Source: Antedon mediterranea
Lineage: Eukaryota > Animalia > Echinodermata
Assembly (NCBI RefSeq): GCF_964355755.1
Contig: NC_092671.1
Location: 12,772,001 to 12,836,000, forward strand
Direction: 5' to 3'
DNA length: 64,000 nt
Part shown: positions 54,401-59,984 of the stretch, one piece after another
Layout of the letters: every line of letters starts with the position of its first letter
Numbering within the stretch: position 1 is the first letter of the stretch
Made by a program: the position numbers and the translations under genes
The notes under the pieces: generated by a model
Told to the model about the DNA's origin: nothing
What the model saw: the letters and a program-made list of their open reading frames with translations, nothing else
The model's database searches: none

Positions 54401-57400
54401 AATAAAAATAGTAATTATTTTATTTTAAAAAGACATGGCTGTTAAATTTTAGGGGTGGAGGGAAGGACTAAAGCCTGTCTATCCCCCGCCTAAATCTACT
54501 GCCTCCCTCTTTTAAAACCCTTCTATCCCTGCACCTCCATCTTTAAAACTTTGATTTGGAGTCATTGAAAATACCAGTAGAAAACCACATTTTGGATGAT
54601 TGTGTAGAGCGAGTTCAGCCTTATTCTGACTTATGTTTGTTATTAAATCAAATAAATTTGCTTCATTTACTAGTAGAGGACCAGCTAATAGGTTCTGTGA
54701 TCAACTTTATAGAACAAAGGTACAAAATATTTGATATTATTTGTTTTATAGGAACACTCAGTAATTCCAGTTTATTAAGCAAGTCCAGTGAATCCCTTAC
54801 ATTCAATGAAACTTCCACATCAAGTTTAGGTGCCACGTCATCGTTATCCGTACCAGCTCGTCTCCATGGTGACAGTTTCACAAGCCTCGACAGAGATTCC
54901 CCACCACGGGATGTAAGTAAAAAGGCTATGCTAGATTAACTTGCACATTTACAAGCACTTGCATGATACTGACATTTGTCTTTGCTACAAAACAGTAAAA
55001 TTAGGTAACAGAGCTGGTGGGAGTAAGACATTTGAAACGGATTGGATTTATGTCTGCTCTCTGCCCAGATGAGCATTTGTAAATGATTACCGGCTTATAT
55101 AACAATATCACATTAATATTACCATTACATACCAGTACATTAAGTTCCTCTAAATTCTCTTTGGAACATGTTTGAAGACTCATTTTTTCTATACTATGCC
55201 ATTATGCTTTTGTAACAGAAATGTTTTGAGTTTGCTTTTAATATGAAGAAATGTATACTGTAGTTTGCTTTTTTTCTCTCTCAAACTGTATACAATAATA
55301 ATTTTGCTTGTCAACCAAATAATTATGAAAGACAGAGAAAATGTATGAAACAACTACAGTACCTTATTTCGATATGATAGTTTATCAAATTTCAGAAAAA
55401 TCCTTGTTACATGAAATCAACTACATTTTTCAAATTAAGCTAAATTGTTAAGCATTTTTGAGTAGAAGTTTTGTAAATGTTGTAGTAGGTGATGCAGATG
55501 AGTTATAGTCGCTTAGGCTAGAGTTGTCCCAGCAAATTTGTTTTATTTTTCTGTACATCAAACAATATCAATTATTCTGGTTGTAATAATTCTGTACTCA
55601 TATTTTGGTCTATTGTATGTAAAAATAGTGCCACTCTTAACTGGCTATTAATTGTAGCTTTGCTTATATGCAATACATGTCTTAATCCAGAATTGTGAAG
55701 ATCTAGAAATCGGTGGGTTATACGAAATATCTGATGACTTTATCGCCGGAGGAATGTGTGGGCTAGAACTAAGCAAAGGCGAGTTAGTCAAGCTTGTAGA
55801 GGCTGAGAATAACAATGTATGCATTGTTCAGTCCATGCCTAGCCCAGAATGTTGCACTGGTGAGGAGGGCAGTGTACCACCTTACTTACTACGGAGAAGA
55901 AAGTCCCTTGAAGGTAACATGCTCAATATTTTGCTGTCATAGATGAAGTAGTTCTGTTGCTAAGCTTGGCTTTTCTCTTTTTTTTACATATTTTGATCTA
56001 CATTCACACATTGTATGTCTTCTTTTGTACATTACTTTGTTTGATTTGTGAAAAATAAATAATAACAAGTCTCAATTTAAAATTTACTCATAATTCGTTG
56101 TTAAGTTATGTATAAAGTATATCAATTATACTGCCATACTGTATTTGCTTGACATGTGCAGGATGTGTTTATCTTAAAATTTATCAATAACACAAACAAA
56201 TATTATATAATGAATTATTAAATAATAATTTATTATAAAATACTGCTGTTACTGTTAAAGTTTAAGTTTGATATTAATTTTGAATGCTGCATTTTGAGTA
56301 GTGAAATAATTAGATAATAAGTAAATAAAATTATTAATAATAATAATAATAAAATTATTAACAACTCCATTAACTATTTTTACAGCACCTGTCAGCATAG
56401 TAGAAAAACCAGAAACTGTTTCTGTAAATGTAGGTGATAACGCAACTTTCACTTGCACGTTCACCGGCATGCCAACACCAACTACTGATTGGTACTTTAA
56501 AGGTCATGTGATCAAAGGTCAAAGTAGCATGAATGTCGATGAGGGATTATGGATATCAACCATCACAATACTGAATGTGAACATAGAGGACAGTGGGAAA
56601 TACAGATGCGTTATAAATAACGCATTTAGTACAAAGTCTTGCATGGCTCATTTGCATGTAGCATGTAGGTTGACAAATGAATCAGCTCATTATTTATTCA
56701 TTAATTATAAATGAATATTCATTTAATTTGAAGTTATTCATTACATTTTTCATTCATACAATTGTTCTTTCATCATTCATTAATCTGTTAACTTAATTCA
56801 TTCATAGCTAAAACAAGTTTGAATCAAATCTCTCTATCAACTAATGGCAATCAATAAATATCCGATCTATTAATGAATAACAAATTAATTCAAAGAACTT
56901 ACATTTTTTCAAAACAATCAATTCTTCTACCATCCGAATGACAAAACAATCCAGTGGCTGCTGACCATTCAAACTAACCAGCAATTCAATAACTGCTCAC
57001 CAATCAAAAACTGACCAACAAAAACAATCCTGTCAACCAAGCCACTTCTGCCAGCCAAACACTACACAATAACAAGTACAGTGTTAACCAACATCTCAAA
57101 CAACATCTGTAAAAGTAGCAAAAATGTTTTGTGTACATAATCAAAACTAAAAACTTACCTACTCAAGATTTAGAACTTTTCAAAACTTCTATTAATTAGA
57201 AACAGAAACCACATTAATTTATTTGATGTTCATCTTCTTTCTGATTCAGATGTTTGGGGATCTCCGTCCATCACTACCATTGAAAGCTCCGATGATGCCA
57301 TACTTGAATTTGATGACGACACTATAATGTCTCTACCAGATAATTCTCCGTCCATAGCAACAGATCACCTGAAAACAAACATCTTTGAAATTAACTCAAC

Positions 57401-58205
57401 AATAACCAATATTCACAATAACAATGTAAATAAAAGTGAGAGATCTATTGAACATATAGGTAAGTTTGTACATTTGTACATCATATGTAAACCATTGATT
57501 ATATTATCATTATCTATATATAAATTTACGTAAGGGCAAAATTCGGTAAATCTCGGTTTATTTCTAGAATTTCTACTCGATGGTATATAAAGTTGGTTCA
57601 TAATTTCGGTACTGATTTTAACCATCTGATGTAACCCTGTTTACTAATTAAATTGAGTTAGGTAATTAGTTATTGACGATTAAAACGAATTTAGGTTCAA
57701 CGATTTGCCCCAAATAGAGGTGTTATCCGATCGTGGTATGCACTGTCTAATGGATGTCCATCTTGAAAAATACCCGCCACAAAAATACGAGGAGGCTTCG
57801 CATTTTCCTATCTCCTCCTACGATAATTGTTTTTAATAGCTGAAAACTGGTTGAACAGCTAGAGTACAGCATTATAATGTTGAAGACAGGCCGATTTTCT
57901 TTAAAAAATACAATTTTGATAGATTTAATATACGATTATACAAATGTATTGATTTGCAATGAATGGAACATTCCAATCTCTGTTTCACAAGTGTCTATTC
58001 CCTCAGGCGTCGTAAAGGCAAGTACAGTACTGTATACTCGAAATTCGATCCATTTTTGTTTTCAATCTGTGCTGCAGAGGTTGGATATAATTTTTTTTAA
58101 ACGGATAATGAGCTAGCGTTTTCACTCGCCGTATATTATGTACAAATCTTTATTATTGCAGTTAAACCACCCACATCATCACCTTTCCCTCACTGGCATG
58201 AGTAG
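24490..58205 (+). CDS. OBSCN: Obscurin/UNC-89-like RhoGEF; spliced gene of about 28 coding exons, about 3689 aa: disordered - Ig x3 - giant disordered exon - Ig - SH3 - SH3 - DH - PH - SH3 - Ig - short tail; no kinase in window
   Basis: Exon chain 24490-27484, 30892-30955, 32083-32246, 33394-33594, 34352-34660, 35061-35100, 35905-36017, 36954-37163, 38533-42750, 43062-43213, 43624-43761, 44225-44333, 44704-44810, 46211-46527, 47370-47540, 49053-49122, 49343-49432, 49634-49783, 50292-50369, 51199-51381, 53140-53235, 53369-53477, 53879-53947, 54752-54912, 55691-55913, 56386-56664, 57250-57459, 58162-58205. All phases are compatible; total 11070 nt. The SH3 segment EGQYVEILD...WLVQTKPTKVNPPRRGWV closely resembles the obscurin SH3. 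DH conserved region LIKPVQRLTKYQLLLKE. Confidence 0.8.
25891..26720 (+). repeat. Coding tandem repeats: 2 x 237 nt (79 aa) followed by 3 x 105 nt (35 aa)
   Basis: GATGACCAATGTTCAACCGAT at 25891 and 26128; GATAAACCAGG at 26488, 26593 and 26698. Confidence 0.9.
27644..27941. repeat. Imperfect trinucleotide microsatellite (GAT/GGT/AAT)n, intronic
   Basis: Directly visible; it generates spurious poly-Asp, poly-His and poly-Met ORFs. Confidence 0.9.
30892..30955 (+). CDS. OBSCN: Obscurin-like small exon (ADINDSSESEYETASSNFNKCS)
   Basis: ttttttcag(cag) acceptor and AG|gtacgt donor; phase 1 to 2. Confidence 0.75.
32083..32246 (+). CDS. OBSCN: Obscurin-like exon: N-half of Ig 1
   Basis: PPEFAFRPQSRVVEQGNTAKFICVLKG. 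Confidence 0.88.
32854..32993 (-). mobile_element. MITE family A copy 2 (reverse, diverged)
   Basis: TAA on both flanks; CArG CCATATATGG at 32958-32967. Confidence 0.75.
33394..33594 (+). CDS. OBSCN: Obscurin-like exon: C-half of Ig 1
   Basis: GCPKPEVTWFKNG...LEVTDVDPSDTGEYVCTASNAEG. Not in the ORF track. Confidence 0.9.
34352..34660 (+). CDS. OBSCN: Obscurin-like exon: Ig 2
   Basis: EPFFMDRLEDITV...FSC...WFHNG...DEGEVAC. Confidence 0.88.
35061..35100 (+). CDS. OBSCN: Obscurin-like 40-nt micro-exon (DSPKSRNGDQIDKN)
   Basis: tttcag|...|gtaagt; bridges phase 1 to phase 2. Confidence 0.7.
35905..36017 (+). CDS. OBSCN: Obscurin-like exon: N-half of Ig 3
   Basis: ...QNIVAIEGTTTKFKCSVIG|gtaagt. 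Confidence 0.8.
36954..37163 (+). CDS. OBSCN: Obscurin-like exon: C-half of Ig 3
   Basis: GNPKPSVTWYKDG...SLEI...DAGHYYC. Confidence 0.88.
37305..37385. mobile_element. Small hairpin repeat, family B copy 1
   Basis: Arms ctaggaaaactctggagtg and cactccagaattttgcta; internal catacaaaacacaggtgtt is the reverse complement of the copy near 59755-59835. Confidence 0.55.
38144..38296 (+). mobile_element. MITE family A copy 3 (TAA target-site duplication, two perfect CArG boxes)
   Basis: taa|AGCTCTGCCTACACTATCAAACT...AGTTTGATAGTGTAGATTAAGCT|taa; CCAAATATGG at 38193 and 38214. Confidence 0.85.
38533..42750 (+). CDS. OBSCN: Obscurin-like giant exon (4218 nt, phase 1-1): acidic disordered region plus Ig 4
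   Basis: ORF 38478..42776; tttttcag acceptor and AAG|gtgaga donor; APTFIQPL...WFRDG...DAGEFTC. Confidence 0.9.
43062..43213 (+). CDS. OBSCN: Obscurin-like linker exon
   Basis: EDPATVTEDEISSELG...SGAEE|gtaaca; open and phase-consistent. Confidence 0.78.
43624..43761 (+). CDS. OBSCN: Obscurin-like exon: SH3 no.1, N-part
   Basis: YIVLENYQSDKLNIQQGDEVEVLESQSEERWLIK. Confidence 0.82.
44225..44333 (+). CDS. OBSCN: Obscurin-like exon: SH3 no.1, C-part
   Basis: IGYVPASLLEKL. Confidence 0.82.
44704..44810 (+). CDS. OBSCN: Obscurin-like linker exon
   Basis: VPTAESMQENKLKRKLSAKERLLTMRQYSDQDDVKD|gtaagt; phase 1 to 0. Confidence 0.78.
44880..44955 (+). mobile_element. Degenerate tRNA-derived SINE head
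   Basis: A-box-like tgctaatggtag and B-box-like gggtttgaatct at tRNA spacing; no intact cloverleaf. Confidence 0.4.
45397..45553 (+). mobile_element. MITE family A copy 4
   Basis: tta|AGCTTTGTCTACACTATCAAACT...; CArG CCAAATATGG at 45466-45475. Confidence 0.82.
45703..45760 (-). mobile_element. tRNA(Gly)-like SINE relic
   Basis: Reverse complement reads gctggtggttaactgattgccttccaataacaaggtccagggttcaatcctg, with A- and B-box-like motifs and GCCTTCCA. Confidence 0.45.
46211..46527 (+). CDS. OBSCN: Obscurin-like exon: SH3 no.2 (obscurin-type) and lead-in to DH
   Basis: SFDMCVAIASYIP...LVEGQYVEILDS...WLVQTKPTKVNPPRRGWVPASHL. Confidence 0.92.
46570..47180 (-). mobile_element. 5'-truncated, frameshifted CR1-clade LINE fragment (ORF2 C-terminus plus 3' UTR)
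   Basis: ORFs 46919..47191 (YKAIIRPTLEYC...LEKVQERATKLI...LPYSERL) and 46627..46935 (FKILHG...RTRGHSFKL...WNSLSEDVV) are typical of CR1 ORF2 C-termini. Confidence 0.9.
47370..47540 (+). CDS. OBSCN: Obscurin-like exon: DH (RhoGEF) start
   Basis: YVLEELLQTERAFVKNM...LFLNFEKICDFH. Confidence 0.92.
47960..48084 (-). mobile_element. MITE family A copy 5 (reverse, partly deleted)
   Basis: ...AGTTTGATAGTATAGACAGAGTT|taa; CArG CCATATTTGG at 48027-48036. Confidence 0.8.
48700..48901. mobile_element. Possible Kolobok-type MITE with TTAA flanks
   Basis: ttaa|AGATATATTTCC ... GGGGACAATGCATCT|ttaa imperfect inverted ends. Confidence 0.45.
49053..49122 (+). CDS. OBSCN: Obscurin-like DH exon
   Basis: TFVKELEECGNDAYSVGRAFIKW|gtaaga. 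Confidence 0.88.
49343..49432 (+). CDS. OBSCN: Obscurin-like DH exon
   Basis: QCNFEYHVQYCKNKPRSENCL. Confidence 0.88.
49634..49783 (+). CDS. OBSCN: Obscurin-like DH exon (conserved region 3)
   Basis: LSDYLIKPVQRLTKYQLLLKEVVKY. Confidence 0.93.
50292..50369 (+). CDS. OBSCN: Obscurin-like exon: DH end
   Basis: MALNVMMQVPKRANDLMHISLIEGFQ. Confidence 0.9.
51199..51381 (+). CDS. OBSCN: Obscurin-like exon: PH domain, N-part
   Basis: GNINDLGKLYRQEDYTVW...ERHVFLFKDLIMLTK. Confidence 0.92.
51641..52098. mobile_element. Tc1/pogo-like MITE relic apparently interrupted by a minus-strand retro-element 3' tail
   Basis: tagagtagaacccctattaaggacacc and gtgaccccttaataggggtgtcc repeats, resuming at ggtcccctgaatagg near 52063; (ATTGA)n plus TTTATT near 51778-51806. 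Confidence 0.4.
52726..52855. mobile_element. hAT-type MITE with exact 8-bp target-site duplication CACCGAGC
   Basis: CACCGAGC (52718-52725) | CAATGGCATAAC ... GTTACGCCATTT | CACCGAGC (52856-52863). Confidence 0.75.
53140..53235 (+). CDS. OBSCN: Obscurin-like PH exon
   Basis: IPGIGMTEESRDERCFELWYGK...MTLQ. Confidence 0.88.
53369..53477 (+). CDS. OBSCN: Obscurin-like PH C-terminal helix exon
   Basis: AKTKYVKEAWVKEIRSLLEQ. Confidence 0.9.
53879..53947 (+). CDS. OBSCN: Obscurin-like Ser-rich small exon (read-through gives a stop at 53965-53967)
   Basis: GALHQTRSSIRSASSISSLNSEPG; phase 1-1. Confidence 0.65.
54752..54912 (+). CDS. OBSCN: Obscurin-like Ser-rich linker exon
   Basis: GTLSNSSLLSKSSESL...DSPPRD|gtaagt. 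Confidence 0.78.
55691..55913 (+). CDS. OBSCN: Obscurin-like exon: divergent SH3 no.3
   Basis: LYEISDDFIAGGMCGLELSKGELVKLVE...EEGSVPPYLL. Confidence 0.75.
56386..56664 (+). CDS. OBSCN: Obscurin-like exon: Ig 5
   Basis: APVSIVEKPETVSVNVGDNATFTC...WYFKG...EDSGKYRC. Confidence 0.88.
57250..57459 (+). CDS. OBSCN: Obscurin-like penultimate exon
   Basis: ttcag acceptor; open frame YVWGSPSITTIESSDD...; AG|gtaagt donor. Confidence 0.65.
57534..57710. mobile_element. MITE with GGGCAAAT(T)CG terminal inverted repeats (Harbinger-like)
   Basis: taa|GGGCAAATTCG ... CGATTTGCCC; the right part is duplicated near 58336-58412. Confidence 0.5.
58162..58205 (+). CDS. OBSCN: Obscurin-like candidate terminal coding exon A (VKPPTSSPFPHWHE*)
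   Basis: tattattgcag acceptor, phase 1, stop TAG at 58203-58205. Confidence 0.45.
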
Positions 58206-59028
58206 CGTTGTAAAACCAGTAGAGAATAGGCCTACGGTACATCACATGCCTTAAACGCAGAACAACTTTGGTGGGTAGGGTAGGAACCAACTTAATTATG
58301 AATTGGCTCTAAGAAACAATTGAAAACCATTAGGCCTACTAATTAAGTTGAGTTAGATAATTTAATATTTATTGACGATTAAATCGAATTTATGATTTTC
58401 CCCGAATAGAGGTGGTTTTCAAATTGTTTTACATTATATTATAAACATATACACGTCGTAGTGATGTATCGTTACATGTGCTGTACTATTTCAATCGACT
58501 AGGACGGTGATAGTTTCAACAAAGTATTACATCGCAATGTTTTACTGTGTTTAGTGGTATATTATTTGTAAAACATGAAAGCAATTAATATTTCGTTACT
58601 AAATGGATAAAGAATATATTTTAACATTGTTCCTCTTTGCACCCATCCTCTTCCCCATCCCTCAACCCTAATGTTACATACAAAACACAAATTAAGTTTG
58701 TTTAAATTTGACTTAAACAATTGGTCTTATTTTGTGACAAGTTTCTCTTTCGGAAGTAATAGGGTGCTAATTTTAGTTGAGTACATAAATCACAGTGTCT
58801 ATTTATTCGTTCCTGTACACGACATGTATTATTGTCCTGCGGTACGTACATTTGAAATCGCCAGTTTTTTAACGCTGAAATTATTATGTATTTGAGAACC
58901 ATCTGTGGGCACGACCATCTAGTACTATACAATTTACTATAGTAATGCAATGTAATTATTTAGCTGAATAATAAATGCTAAAAAAAATTAATAAGATTTA
59001 CACAATTATTTTTTTTTTTTTTTTGCAG

Positions 59029-59057
59029 TAGAAAAAGACATAATAATTGAAGACTAA
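59029..59057 (+). CDS. Obscurin-like candidate alternative terminal coding exon B (VEKDIIIED*)
   Basis: Strong poly-T-gcag acceptor; donor CAG|gtaatt after 59081; a further acceptor at 59379. Confidence 0.35.
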
Positions 59058-59754
59058 CCGAGATGACAAACAAATTTGCAGGTAATTTTATAGCAAATTT
59101 ATACACTTTTTTCTTTTCATTAAAGAATATACTATTCACATGTTGACATTTGAGAATAGAATTAAAGTTGCTTCTTTGATACCCATAGTATAGATATCCT
59201 ATCTATAGCAATTTGTATGTCATACGAAATACAGTATACAAATATGAAATTTACACATCTTTATATAAAAATAATTTATATCTCAATAGACATTACAAAG
59301 GACTATTGCACCTTCTGTAACCCTATAAATATACTACTGATGTATTGATAAAAAAAAACTCTTATTTTTTCTTTACAGTGGACACAGTGAAAAAATTACT
59401 GATAAACGGTTTAATTGTTGCAAAGAAATTGATGAGCTGCAAATATAATTTAAGCTAATTGCGTGACTTGAAATATAGAATTGTTTTGATGAGCATTCAC
59501 GGATTGTGCAATAAATATAAACATTCCAAATTAGAGGGAGTCGACTAATCATTTTTAAAAAGTAAGATTTTTACTTCATTAGTTGAAATACAATTAATTT
59601 CAATTTAGACAATAATTACAATATTATATAACATTACAACATTAAGAATTAAATAGTATTTGGGACCTATGAAAGTTTAGCAACAAGGACCAACAATCTG
59701 AATAACACTCAAACACACTCGCAATGTAAATATACATATAATACACTATCCACA

Positions 59755-59835
59755 TAGCCAAGCAAAACACACTGGGGCATCAACACCTATGTTTTGTATG
59801 ATGTGGGTAAACTCTGGAATTTTGCTAGGCAATAT
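59755..59835. mobile_element. Small hairpin repeat, family B copy 2
   Basis: Reverse-oriented homology to 37305-37385; abuts MITE A copy 6. Confidence 0.5.
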
Positions 59836-59839
59836 GTAA

Positions 59840-59984
59840 AGCTCTGTCTACACTATCAAACTAGTTTGACAAAAACAGTTTGATGTGCCCAAATATGGTA
59901 GTGATATGCCCAGATATGGTAGTGATATGACATCATCATGTCCATATATGGGCACATCACATTTTTTTTGTCACATAAAGTTTG
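59840..59984 (+). mobile_element. MITE family A copy 6 (right TIR truncated, two perfect CArG boxes)
   Basis: taa|AGCTCTGTCTACACTATCAAACTAG...; CCAAATATGG at 59889 and CCATATATGG at 59942. Confidence 0.85.

Noticed and set aside
56930-57110. CA-rich strand-skewed tract as an exon or ncRNA
   Set aside because: Looks like a decayed simple repeat (aacc/aaca/aatc); no supported frame or structure.
605-58205. A single titin-like giant gene spanning the whole window
   Set aside because: The MYLK unit ends with a stop right after the telokin-like Ig, followed by AATAAA and no in-frame donor. The next large ORF has an upstream in-frame stop and its own ATG.
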